Of a stretch of DNA of 64,000 bases, positions 1 to 15,000 are shown one piece after another. The translations under genes and the position numbers were made by a program. Position 1 is the stretch's first letter; each line of letters starts with the position of its first letter. The stretch lies in the NCBI GenBank assembly GCA_964016885.1, contig OZ024741.1, positions 189,534,001 to 189,598,000 of the forward strand, written 5' to 3'. The notes beneath the pieces were generated by a model, which had not been told where the DNA came from, made no database searches, and worked only from the letters and a program-made list of their open reading frames with translations. Origin of the DNA: Eledone cirrhosa. Lineage: Eukaryota.

Positions 1-3000
1 GCCACAACCCATTCAATCAATGACAAAATAAGTTGGCCAGATACTGCCAATCCACTATAAGAAAGTCACCAATCTCCAGCCACAACCCATTCAATCAATG
101 ACAAAATAAGTTGGCCAGATACTGCCAATCCACTATAAGAAAGTCACCAATCTCCAGCCACAACCCATTCAATCAATGACAAAATAAGTTGGCCAGATAC
201 TGCCAATCCACTGTAAGAAAGTCACCAATCTCCAGCCACAACCCATTCAATCAATGACAAAATAAGTTTGCCAGATACTGCCAATCCACTATAAGAAAGT
301 CACCAATCTCCAGCCACAACCCATTCAATCAATGACAAAATAAGTTGGCGAGATACTGCCAATCCACTATAAGAAAGTCACCAATCTCCAGCCACAACCC
401 ATTCAATCAATGACAAAACAAGTTTGCCAGATACTGCCAATCCACTGTAAGAAAGTCACCAATCTCCAGCCACAACCCATTCAATCAATGACAAAATAAG
501 TTTGCCAGATACTGCCAATCCACTGTAAGAAAGTCACCAACCTCCAGCCACAACCAATTCAATCAATGACAAAATAAGTTTGCCAGATACTGCCAATCCA
601 CTATAAGAAAGTCACCAATCTCCAGCCACAACCCATTCAATCAATGACAAAATAAGTTGGCCAGATACTGCCAATCCACTATAAGAAAGTCACCAATCTC
701 CAGCCACAACCCATTCAATCAATGACAAAATAAGTTTGCCAGATACTGCCAATCCACTATAAGAAAGTCACCAATCTCCAGCCACAACCCATTCAATCAA
801 TGACAAAATAAGTTTGCTAGATACTGCCAATCCACTATAAGAAAGTCACCAATCTCCAGCCACAACCCATTCAATCAATGACAAAATAAGTTGGCCAGAT
901 ACTGCCAATCCACTGTAAGAAAGTCACCAATCTCCAGCCACAACCCATTCAATCAATGACAAAATAAGTTTGCCAGATACTGCCAATCCACTGTAAGAAA
1001 GTCACCAATCTCCAGCCACAACCCATTCAATCAATGACAAAATAAGTTTGCCAGATACTGCCAATCCACTGTAAGAAAGTCACCAGCCTCCAGCCACAAC
1101 CAATTCAATCAATGACAAAATAAGTTTGCCAGATACTGCCAATCCACTATAAGAAAGTCACCAATCTCCAGCCACAACCCATTCAATCAATGACAAAATA
1201 AGTTGGCCAGATACTGCCAATCCACTGTAAGAAAGTCACCAATCTCCTGCCACAACCCATTCAATCAATGACAAAATAAGTTTGCCAGAGACTGCCAATC
1301 CACTGTAAGAAAGTCACCAATCTCCAGCCACAACCCATTCAATCAATGACAAAATAAGTTTGCCAGATACTGCCAATCCACCGTAAAAAAAAGTCACCAA
1401 CCTCTAGCCACAACCAATTCAATCAATGACAAAATAAGTTTGCCAGATACTGCCAATCCACTATAAGAAAGTCACCAATCTCCAGACACAACCCATTCAA
1501 TCAATGACGAAATAAGTTGGCCAGATACTGCCAATCCACTATAAGAAAGTCACCAATCTCCAGCCACAACCCATTCAATCAATGACAAAATAAGTTTGCC
1601 AGATACTGCCAATCCACTATAAGAAAGTCACCAATCTCCAGCCACAACCAATTCAATCAATGACAAAATGAGTTTGCCAGATACTGCAAATCCACTATAA
1701 GAAAGTCACCAATCTCCAGCCACAACCCATTCAATCAATGACAAAATAAGTTTGCCAGATACTGCCAATCCACTATAAGAAAGTCACCAATCTCCAGCCA
1801 CAACCCATTCAATCAATGACAAAATAAGTTGGCGAGATACTGCCAATCCACTATAAGAAAGTCACCAATCTCCAGCCACAACCCATTCAATCAATGACAA
1901 AACAAGTTTGCCAGATACTGCCAATCCACTGTAAGAAAGTCACCAATCTCCAGCCACAACCCATTCAATCAATGACAAAATAAGTTTGCCAGATACTGCA
2001 AATCCACTATAAGAAAGTCACCAATCTCCAGCCACAACCCATTCAATCAATGACAAAATAAGTTTGCCAGATACCGCAAATCCACTATAAGAAAGTCACC
2101 AATCTCCAGCCACAACCCATTCAATCAATGACAAAATAAGTTTGCCAGATACTGCCAATCCACTATAAGAAAGTCACCAATCTCCAGCCACAACCCATTC
2201 AATCAATGACAAAGAAGTTTGCCAGATACTGCCAATCCACTGTAAGAAAGTCACCAATCTCCAGCCACAACCCATTCAATCAATGACAAAATAAGTTTGC
2301 CAGATACTGCCAATCCACTATAAGAAAGTCACGAATCTCCAGCCACAATCCATTCAATCAATGACAAAATAAGTTGGCCAGATACTGCCAATCCACTGTA
2401 AGAAAGTCACCAATCTCCAGCTACAACCCATTCAATCAATGACAAAATAAGTTGGCCAGATACTGCCAATCCACTGTAAGAAAGTCACCAATCTCCAGCC
2501 ACAACCCATTCAATCAATGACAAAATAAGTTTGCCAGATACTGCCAATCCACTATAAGAAAGTCACCAATCTCCAGCCACAACCCATTCAATCAATGACA
2601 AAATAAGTTTGCCAGATACTGCCAATCCATTGTAAGAAAGTCACCAATCTCCAGCCACAACCCATTCAATCAATGACAAAATAAATTTGCCAGATACTGC
2701 CAATCCACTGTAAGAAAGTCACCAATCTCCAGCCACAACCCATTCAATCAATGACAAAATAAGTTTGCCAGATACTGACAATCCACTATAAGAAAGTCAC
2801 CAATCTCCAGCCACAACCAATTAACTCAATGAGAAAATAAGTTTGGCAGATACTGCCAATCCACTATAAGAAAGTCACCAATCTCCAGCCACAACCCATT
2901 CAATCAATGACAAAATAAGTTTGCCAGATACTGCCAATCCACTATAAGAAAGTCACCAATCTCCAGCCACAACCCATTCAATCAATGACAAAATAAGTTT

Positions 3001-6000
3001 GCCAGATACTGCCAATCCACTATAAGAAAGTCACCAATCTCCAGCCACAACCCATTCAATCAATGACAAAATAAGTTGGCCAGATACTGCCAATCCACTG
3101 TAAGAAAGTCACCAATCTCCAGCCACAACCCATTCAATCAATGACAAAATAAATTTGCCAGATACTGCCAATCCACTGTAAGAAAGTCACCAATCTCCAG
3201 CCACAACCCATTCAATCAATGACAAAATAAGTTTGCCAGATACTGACAATCCACTATAAGAAAGTCACCAATCTCCAGCCACAACCAATTAACTCAATGA
3301 CAAAATAAGTTTGCCAGATACTGCCAATCCACTATAAGAAAGTCACCAATCTCCAGCCACAACCCATTCAATCAATGACAAAATAAGTTTGCCAGATACT
3401 GCCAATCCACTATAAGAAAGTCACCAATCTCCAGCCACAACCCATTCAATCAATGACAAAATAAGTTGGCCAGATACTGCCAATCCACTATAAGAAAGTC
3501 ACCAATCTCCAGCCACAACCCATTCAATCAATGACAAAATAAGTTGGCCAGATACTGCCAATCCACTGTAAGAAAGTCACCAATCTCCAGCCACAACCCA
3601 TTCAATCAATGACAAAATAAGTTTGCCAGATACTGCCAATCCACTATAAGAAAGTCACCAATCTCCAGCCACAACCCATTCAATCAATGACAAAATAAGT
3701 TGGCGAGATACTGCCAATCCACTATAAGAAAGTCACCAATCTCCAGCCACAACCCATTCAATCAATGACAAAACAAGTTTGCCAGATACTGCCAATCCAC
3801 TGTAAGAAAGTCACCAATCTCCAGCCACAACCCATTCAATCAATGACAAAATAAGTTTGCCAGATACTGCCAATCCACTGTAAGAAAGTCACCAACCTCC
3901 AGCCACAACCAATTCAATCAATGACAAAATAAGTTTGCCAGATACTGCCAATCCACTATAAGAAAGTCACCAATCTCCAGCCACAACCCATTCAATCAAT
4001 GACAAAATAAGTTGGCCAGATACTGCCAATCCACTATAAGAAAGTCACCAATCTCCAGCCACAACCCATTCAATCAATGACAAAATAAGTTTGCCAGATA
4101 CTGCCAATCCACTATAAGAAAGTCACCAATCTCCAGCCACAACCCATTCAATCAATGACAAAATAAGTTTGCTAGATACTGCCAATCCACTATAAGAAAG
4201 TCACCAATCTCCAGCCACAACCCATTCAATCAATGACAAAATAAGTTGGCCAGATACTGCCAATCCACTGTAAGAAAGTCACCAATCTCCAGCCACAACC
4301 CATTCAATCAATGACAAAATAAGTTTGCCAGATACTGCCAATCCACTGTAAGAAAGTCACCAATCTCCAGCCACAACCCATTCAATCAATGACAAAATAA
4401 GTTTGCCAGATACTGCCAATCCACTGTAAGAAAGTCACCAGCCTCCAGCCACAACCAATTCAATCAATGACAAAATAAGTTTGCCAGATACTGCCAATCC
4501 ACTATAAGAAAGTCACCAATCTCCAGCCACAACCCATTCAATCAATGACAAAATAAGTTGGCCAGATACTGCCAATCCACTGTAAGAAAGTCACCAATCT
4601 CCTGCCACAACCCATTCAATCAATGACAAAATAAGTTTGCCAGAGACTGCCAATCCACTGTAAGAAAGTCACCAATCTCCAGCCACAACCCATTCAATCA
4701 ATGACAAAATAAGTTTGCCAGATACTGCCAATCCACCGTAAAAAATTCACCAACCTCTAGCCACAACCAATTCAATCAATGACAAAATAAGTTTGCCAGA
4801 TACTGCCAATCCACTATAAGAAAGTCACCAATCTCCAGACACAACCCATTCAATCAATGACAAAATAAGTTGGCCAGATACTGCCAATCCACTATAAGAA
4901 AGTCACCAATCTCCAGCCACAACCCATTCAATCAATGACAAAATAAGTTTGCCAGATACTGCCAATCCACTATAAGAAAGTCACCAATCTCCAGCCACAA
5001 CCAATTCAATCAATGACAAAATGAGTTTGCCAGATACTGCCAATCCACTATAAGAAAGTCACCAATCTCCAGCCACAACCCATTCAATCAATGACAAAAT
5101 AAGTTTGCCAGATACTGCCAATCCACTATAAGAAAGTCACCAATCTCCAGCCACAACCCATTCAATCAATGACAAAATAAGTTGGCGAGATACTGCCAAT
5201 CCACTATAAGAAAGTCACCAATCTCCAGCCACAACCCATTCAATCAATGACAAAACAAGTTTGCCAGATACTGCCAATCCACTGTAAGAAAGTCACCAAT
5301 CTCCGGCCACAACCCATTCAATCAATGACAAAATAAGTTTGCCAAATACTGCAAATCCACTATAAGAAAGTCACCAATCTCCAGCCACAACCCATTCAAT
5401 CAATGACAAAATAAGTTTGCCAGATACCGCAAATCCACTATAAGAAAGTCACCAATCTCCAGCCACAACCCATTCAATCAATGACAAAATAAGTTTGCCA
5501 GATACTGCCAATCCACTATAAGAAAGTCACCAATCTCCAGCCACAACCCATTCAATCAATGACAAAGAAGTTTGCCAGATACTGCCAATCCACTGTAAGA
5601 AAGTCACCAATCTCCAGCCACAACCCATTCAATCAATGACAAAATAAGTTTGCCAGATACTGCCAATCCACTATAAGAAAGTCACGAATCTCCAGCCACA
5701 ATCCATTCAATCAATGACAAAATAAGTTGGCCAGATACTGCCAATCCACTGTAAGAAAGTCACCAATCTCCAGCCACAACCCATTCAATCAATGACAAAA
5801 TAAGTTGGCCAGATACTGCCAATCCACTGTAAGAAAGTCACCAATCTCCAGCCACAACCCATTCAATCAATGACAAAATAAGTTTGCCAGATACTGCCAA
5901 TCCACTATAAGAAAGTCACCAATCTCCAGCCACAACCCATTCAATCAATGACAAAATAAGTTTGCCAGATACTGCCAATCCATTGTAAGAAAGTCACCAA

Positions 6001-9000
6001 TCTCCAGCCACAACCCATTCAATCAATGACAAAATAAATTTGCCAGATACTGCCAATCCACTAAAAGAAAGTCACCAATCTCCAGCCACAACCCATTCAA
6101 TCAATGACAAAATAAGTTTGCCAGATACTGCCAATCCACTATAAGAAAGTCACCAATCTCCAGCCACAACCCATTCAATCAATGACAAAATAAGTTGGCC
6201 AGATACTGCCAATCCACTATAAGAAAGTCACCAATCTCCAGCCACAACCCATTCAATCAATGACAAAATAAGTTGGCCAGATACTGCCAATCCACTGTAA
6301 GAAAGTCACCAATCTCCAGCCACAACCCATTCAATCAATGACAAAATAAGTTTGCCAGATACTGCCAATCCACTATAAGAAAGTCACCAATCTCCAGCCA
6401 CAACCCATTCAATCAATGACAAAATAAGTTGGCGAGATACTGCCAATCCACTATAAGAAAGTCACCAATCTCCAGCCACAACCCATTCAATCAATGACAA
6501 AACAAGTTTGCCAGATACTGCCAATCCACTGTAAGAAAGTCACCAATCTCCAGCCACAACCCATTCAATCAATGACAAAATAAGTTTGCCAGATACTGCC
6601 AATCCACTGTAAGAAAGTCACCAACCTCCAGCCACAACCAATTCAATCAATGACAAAATAAGTTTGCCAGATACTGCCAATCCACTATAAGAAAGTCACC
6701 AATCTCCAGCCACAACCCATTCAATCAATGACAAAATAAGTTGGCCAGATACTGCCAATCCACTATAAGAAAGTCACCAATCTCCAGCCACAACCCATTC
6801 AATCAATGACAAAATAAGTTTGCCAGATACTGCCAATCCACTATAAGAAAGTCACCAATCTCCAGCCACAACCCATTCAATCAATGACAAAATAAGTTTG
6901 CTAGATACTGCCAATCCACTATAAGAAAGTCACCAATCTCCAGCCACAACCCATTCAATCAATGACAAAATAAGTTGGCCAGATACTGCCAATCCACTGT
7001 AAGAAAGTCACCAATCTCCAGCCACAACCCATTCAATCAATGACAAAATAAGTTTGCCAGATACTGCCAATCCACTGTAAGAAAGTCACCAATCTCCAGC
7101 CACAACCCATTCAATCAATGACAAAATAAGTTTGCCAGATACTGCCAATCCACTGTAAGAAAGTCACCAGCCTCCAGCCACAACCAATTCAATCAATGAC
7201 AAAATAAGTTTGCCAGATACTGCCAATCCACTATAAGAAAGTCACCAATCTCCAGCCACAACCCATTCAATCAATGACAAAATAAGTTGGCCAGATACTG
7301 CCAATCCACTGTAAGAAAGTCACCAATCTCCTGCCACAACCCATTCAATCAATGACAAAATAAGTTTGCCAGAGACTGCCAATCCACTGTAAGAAAGTCA
7401 CCAATCTCCAGCCACAACCCATTCAATCAATGACAAAATAAGTTTGCCAGATACTGCCAATCCACCGTAAAAAAGTCACCAACCTCTAGCCACAACCAAT
7501 TCAATCAATGACAAAATAAGTTTGCCAGATACTGCCAATCCACTATAAGAAAGTCACCAATCTCCAGACACAACCCATTCAATCAATGACAAAATAAGTT
7601 GGCCAGATACTGCCAATCCACTATAAGAAAGTCACCAATCTCCAGCCACAACCCATTCAATCAATGACAAAATAAGTTTGCCAGATACTGCCAATCCACT
7701 ATAAGAAAGTCACCAATCTCCAGCCACAACCAATTCAATCAATGACAAAATGAGTTTGCCAGATACTGCCAATCCACTATAAGAAAGTCACCAATCTCCA
7801 GCCACAACCCATTCAATCAATGACAAAATAAGTTTGCCAGATACTGCCAATCCACTGTAAGAAAGTCACCAATCTCCAGCCACAACCCATTCAATCAATG
7901 ACAAAATAAGTTTGCCAGATGCTGCCAATCCACTATAAGAAAGTCACCAATCTCCAGCCACAACCCATTCAATCAATGACAAAATAAGTTTGCCAGATAC
8001 TGCCAATCCACTGTAAGAAAGTCACCAATCTCCAGCCACAACCCATTCAATCAATGACAAAATAAGTTTGCCAGATACTGCCAATCCACTATAAGAAAGT
8101 CACCAATCTCCAGCCACAACCCATTCAATCAATGACAAAATAAGTTGGCCAGATACTGCCAATCCACTGTAAGAAAGTCACCAATCTCCAGCCACAACCC
8201 ATTCAATCAATGACAAAATAAGTTTGCCAGATACTGCCAATCCACTATAAGAAAGTCACCAATCTCCAGCCACAACCCATTCAATCAATGACAAAATAAG
8301 TTTGCCAGATACTGCCAATCCACTATAAGAAAGTCACCAATCTCCAGCCACAACCCATTCAATCAATGACAAAATAAGTTTGCCAGATACTGCCAATCCA
8401 CTATAAGAAAGTCACCAATCTCCAGCCACAACCCATTCAATCAATGACAAAATAAGTTTGCCAGATACTGCCAATCCACTATAAGAAAGTCACCAATCTC
8501 CAGCCACAACCCATTGAATCAATGACAAAATAAGTTTGCCAGATACTGCCAATCCACTATAAGAATGTCACCAATCTCCAGCCACAACCCATTGAATCAA
8601 TGACAAAATAAGTTTGCCAGATACTGCCAATCCACTATAAGAAAGTCACCAATCTCCAGCCACAACCCATTGAATCAATGACAAAATAAGTTTGCCAGAT
8701 ACTGCCAATCCACTATAAGAAGTCACCAATCTCCAGCCACAACCCATTGAATCAATGACAAAATAAGTTTGCCAGATACTGCCAATCCACTATAAGAAAG
8801 TCACCAATCTCCAGCCACAACCCATTGAATAAATGACAAAATAAGTTTGCCAGATACTGCCAATCTACTATAAGAAAGTCACCAATCTCCAGCCACAACC
8901 CATTCAATCAATGACAAAATAAGTTTGCCAGATACTGCCAATCCACTATATGAAAGTCACCAATCTCCATCCACAACCCATTCAATCAATGACAAAATAA

Positions 9001-12000
9001 GTTTGCCAGATACTGCCAATCCACTATAAGAAAGTCACCAATCTCCAGCCACAACCCATTCAATCAATGACAAAATAAGTTTGCCAGATACTGCCAATCT
9101 ACTATAAGAAAGTCACCAATCTCCAGCCACAACCCATTCAATCAATGACAAAATAAGTTTGCCAGATACTGCCAATCCACTATAAGAAAGTCACCAATCT
9201 CCAGCCACAACCCATTCAATCAATGACAAAATAAGTTTGCCAGATACTGCCAATCCACTATAAGAAAGTCACCAATCTCCAGCCACAACCCATTCAATCA
9301 ATGACAAAATAAGTTTGCCAGATACTGCCAATCCACTATAAGAAAGTCACCAATCTCCAGCCACAACCCATTCAATCAATGACAAAATAAGTTTTCCAGA
9401 TACTGCCAATCCACTATAAGAAAGTCACCAATCTCCAGCCACAACCCATTCAATCAATGACAAAATAAGTTTGCCAGATACTGCCAATCCACTATAAGAA
9501 AGTCACCAATCTCGAGCCACAACCCATTCAATCAATGACAAAATAAGTTTGCCAGATACTGCCAATCCACTATAAGAAAGTCACCAATCTCCAGCCACAA
9601 CCCATTCAATCAATGACAAAATAAGTTTGCCAGATACTGCCAATCCACTATAAGAAAGTCACCAATCTCCAGCCACAACCCATTCAATCAATGACAAAAT
9701 AAGTTTGCCAGATACTGCCGATCCACTGTAAGAAAGTCACCAATCTCCAGCCACAACCCATTCAATCAATGACAATATAAGTTTGCCAGATACTGCCAAT
9801 CCACTATAAGAAAGTCACGAATCTCCAGCCACAACCCATTCAATCAATGACAATATAAGTTTGCCAGATACTGCCAATCCACTATAAGAAAGTCACCAAT
9901 CTCCAGCCACAACCCATTCAATCAATGACAAAATAAGTTTGCCAGATACTGCCAATCCACTATAAGAAAGTCACCAATCTCCAGCCACAACCCATTCAAT
10001 CAATGACAAAATAAGTTTGCCAGATACTGCCAATCCACTATAAGAAAGTCACCAATCTCCAGCCACAACCCATTCAATCAATGACAAAATAAGTTTGCCA
10101 GATACTGCCAATCCACTATAAGAAAGTCACCAATCTCCAGCCAGAACCCATTCAATCAATGACAAAATAAGTTTGCCAGATACTGCCAATCCACTATAAG
10201 AAAGTCACCAATCTCCAGCCACAACCCATTCAATCAATGACAAAATAAGTTTGCCAGATACTGCCAATCCACTATAAGAAAGTCACCAATCTCCAGCCAC
10301 AACCCATTCAATCAATGACAAATAAGTTTGCCAGATACTGCCAATCCACTATAAGAAAGTCACCAATCTCCAGCCACAACCCATTCAATCAATGACAAAA
10401 TAAGTTTGCCAGATACTGCTAATCCACTATAAGAAAGTCACCAATCTCCAGCCACAACCCATTCAATCAATGACAAAATAAGTTTGCCAGATACTGCCAA
10501 TCCACTATAAGAAAGTCACCAATCTCCAGCCACAACCCATTCAATCAATGACAAAATAAGTTTGCCAGATACTGCCAATCCACTATAAGAAAGTCACCAA
10601 TCTCCAGCCACAACCCATTCAATCAATGACAAAATAAGTTTGCCAGATACTGCCAATCCACTATAAGAAAGTCACCAATCTCCAGCCACAACCCATTCAA
10701 TCAATGACAAAATAAGTTTGCCAGATACTGCCAATCCACTATAATAAAGTCACCAATCTCCAGCCACAACCCATTCAATCAATGACAAAATAAGTTTGCC
10801 AGATACTGCCAATCCACTATAAGAAAGTCACCAATCTCCAGCCACAACGCATTCAATCAATGACAAAATAAGTTTGCCAGATACTGCCAATCCACTATAA
10901 GAAAGTCACCAATCTCCAGCCACAACCCATTCAATCAATGACAAAATAAGTTTGCCAGATACTGCCAATCCACTATAAGAAAGTCACCAATCTCCAGCCA
11001 CAACCCATTCAATCAATGACAAAATAAGTTTGCCAGATACTGCCAATCCACTATAAGAAAGTCACCAATCTCCAGCCACAACCCATTCAATCAATGACAA
11101 AATAAGTTTGCCAGATACTGCCAATCCACTATAAGAAAGTCACCAATCTCCAGCCACAACCCATTCAATCAATGACAAAATATGTTTGCCAGATACTGCC
11201 AATCCACTATAAGAAAGTCACCAATCTCCAGCCACAACCCATTCAATCAATGACAAAATAAGTTTGCCAGAAACTGCCAATCCACTATAAGAAAGTCACC
11301 AATCTCCAGCCACAACCCATTCAATCAATGACAAAATAAGTTTGCCAGATACTGCCAATCCACTATAAGAAAGTCACCAATCTCCAGCCACAACCCATTC
11401 AATCAATGACAAAATAAGTTTGCCAGAAACTGCCAATCCACTATAAGAAAGTCACCAATCTCCAGCCACAACCCATTGAATCAATGACAAAATAAGTTTG
11501 CCAGATACTGCCAATCCACTATACGAAAGTCACCAATCTCCAGCCACAACCCATTCAATCAATGACAAAATAAGTTTGCCAGATACTGCCAATCCACTAT
11601 AAGAAAGTCACCAATCTCCAGCCACAACCCATTTAATCAATGACAAAATAAGTTTGCCAGATACTGCCAATCCACTATAAGAAAGTCACCAATCTCCAGC
11701 CACAACCCATTCAATCAATGACAAAATAAGTTTGCCAGATACTGCCAATCCACTATAAGAAAGTCACCAATCTCCAGCCACAACCCATTCAATCAATGAC
11801 AAAATAAGTTTGCCAGATACTGCCAATCTACTATAAGAAAGTCACCAATCTCCAGCCACAACCCATTCAATCAATGACAAAATAAGTTTGCCAGATACTG
11901 CCAATCCACTATAAGAAAGTCACCAATCTCCTGCCACAACCCATTCAATTAATGACAAGATAAGTTTGCCAGATACTGCCAATCCACTATAAGAAAGTCA

Positions 12001-15000
12001 CCAATCTCATGCCACAACCCATTCAATCAATGACAAAATAAGTTTGCCAGAAACTGCCAATCCACTACAAGAAAGTCACCAATCTCCAGCCACAACCCAT
12101 TGAATCAATGACAAAATAAGTTTGCCAGATACTGCCAATCCACTATAAGAAAGTCACCAATCTCCAGCCACAACCCATTGAATCAATGACAAAATAAGTT
12201 TGCCAGATACTGCCAATCCACTATAAGAAGTCACCAATCTCCAGCCACAACCCATTGAATCAATGACAAAATAAGTTTGCCAGATACTGCCAATCCACTA
12301 TAAGAAACTCACCAATCTCCAGCCACAACCCATTGAATAAATGACAAAATAAGTTTGCCAGATACTGCCAATCTACTATAAGAAAGTCACCAATCTCCAT
12401 CCACAACCCATTCAATCAATGACAAAATAAGTTTGCCAGATACTGCCAATCCACTATAAGAAAGTCACCAATCTCCAGCCACAACCCATTCAATCAATGA
12501 CAAAATAAGTTTGCCAGATACTGCCAATCCACTATAAGAAAGTCACCAATCTCCAGCCACAACCCATTCAATCAATGACAAAATAAGTTTGCCAGATACT
12601 GCCAATCCACTATAAGAAAGTCACCAATCTCCAGCCACAACCCATTCAATCAATGACAAAATAAGTTTGCCAGATACTGCCAATCCACTATAAGAAAGTC
12701 ACCAATCTCCAGCCACAACCCATTCAATCAATGACAAAATAAGTTTTCCAGATACTGCCAATCCACTATAAGAAAGTCACCAATCTCCAGCCACAACCCA
12801 TTCAATCAATGACAAAATAAGTTTGCCAGATACTGCCAATCCACTATAAGAAAGTCACCAATCTCGAGCCACAACCCATTCAATCAATGACAAAATAAGT
12901 TTGCCAGATACTGCCAATCCACTATAAGAAAGTCACCAATCTCCAGCCACAACCCATTCAATCAATGACAAAATAAGTTTGCCAGATACTGCCAATCCAC
13001 TATAAGAAAGTCACCAATCTCCAGCCACAACCCATTCAATCAATGACAAAATAAGTTTGCCAGATACTGCCGATCCACTGTAAGAAAGTCACCAATCTCC
13101 AGCCACAACCCATTCAATCAATGACAATATAAGTTTGCCAGATACTGCCAATCCACTATAAGAAAGTCACGAATCTCCAGCCACAACCCATTCAATCAAT
13201 GACAATATAAGTTTGCCAGATACTGCCAATCCACTATAAGAAAGTCACCAATCTCCAGCCACAACCCATTCAATCAATGACAAAATAAGTTTGCCAGATA
13301 CTGCCAATCCACTATAAGAAAGTCACCAATCTCCAGCCACAACCCATTCAATCAATGACAAAATAAGTTTGCCAGATACTGCCAATCCACTATAAGAAAG
13401 TCACCAATCTCCAGCCACAACCCATTCAATCAATGACAAAATAAGTTTGCCAGATACTGCCAATCCACTATAAGAAAGTCACCAATCTCCAGCCACAACC
13501 CATTCAATCAATGACAAAATAAGTTTGCCAGATACTGCCAATCCACTATAAGAAAGTCACCAATCTCCAGCCACAACCCATTCAATCAATGACAAAATAA
13601 GTTTGCCAGATACTGCCAATCCACTATAAGAAAGTCACCAATCTCCAGCCACAACCCATTCAATCAATGACAAAATAAGTTTGCCAGATACTGCCAATCC
13701 ACTATAAGAAAGTCACCAATCTCCAGCCACAACCCATTCAATCAATGACAAAATAAGTTTGCCAGATACTGCCAATCCACTATAAGAAAGTCACCAATCT
13801 CCAGCCACAACCCATTCAATCAATGACAAAATAAGTTTGCCAGATACTGCCAATCCACTATAATAAAGTCACCAATCTCCAGCCACAACCCATTCAATCA
13901 ATGACAAAATAAGTTTGCCAGATACTGCCAATCCACTATAAGAAAGTCACCAATCTCCAGCCACAACCCATTCAATCAATGACAAAATAAGTTTGCCAGA
14001 TACTTCCAATCCACTATAAGAAAGTCACCAATCTCCAGCCACAACCCATTCAATCAATGACAAAATAAGTTTGCCAGATACTGCCAATCCACTATAAGAA
14101 AGTCACCAATCTCCAGCCACAACCCATTCAATCAATGACAAAATAAGTTTGCCAGATACTGCCAATCCACTATAAGAAAGTCACCAATCTCCAGCCACAA
14201 CCTATTCAATCAATGACAAAATAAGTTTGCCAGATACTGCCAATCCACTATAAGAAAGTCACCAATCTCCAGCCACAACGCATTCAATCAATGACAAAAT
14301 AAGTTTGCCAGATACTGCCAATCCACTATAAGAAAGTCACCAATCTCCAGCCACAACCCATTCAATCAATGACAAAATAAGTTTGCCAGATACTGCCAAT
14401 CCACTATAAGAAAGTCACCAATCTCCAGCCACAACCCATTCAATCAATGACAAAATAAGTTTGCCAGATACTGCCAATCCACTATAAGAAAGTCACCAAT
14501 CTCCAGCCACAACCCATTCAATCAATGACAAAATAAGTTTGCCAGATACTGCCAATCCACTATAAGAAAGTCACCAATCTCCAGCCACAACCCATTCAAT
14601 CAATGACAAAATAAGTTTGCCAGATACTGCCAATCCACTATAAGAAAGTCACCAATCTCCAGCCACAACCCATTCAATCAATGACAAAATAAGTTTGCCA
14701 GAAACTGCCAATCCACTATAAGAAAGTCACCAATCTCCAGCCACAACCCATTCAATCAATGACAAAATAAGTTTGCCAGATACTGCCAATCCACTATAAG
14801 AAAGTCAGCAATCTCCAGCCACAACCCATTCAATCAATGACAAAATAAGTTTGCCAGAAACTGCCAATCCACTATAAGAAAGTCACCAATCTCCAGCCAC
14901 AACCCATTCAATCAATGACAAAATAAGTTTGCCAGATACTGCCAATCCACTATACGAAAGTCACCAATCTCCAGCCACAACCCATTCAATCAATGACAAA

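Noticed and set aside
1-78. Monomer built from two 39-bp halves
   Set aside because: Only short shared words (GCCA, CAATC); the halves do not align convincingly by eye
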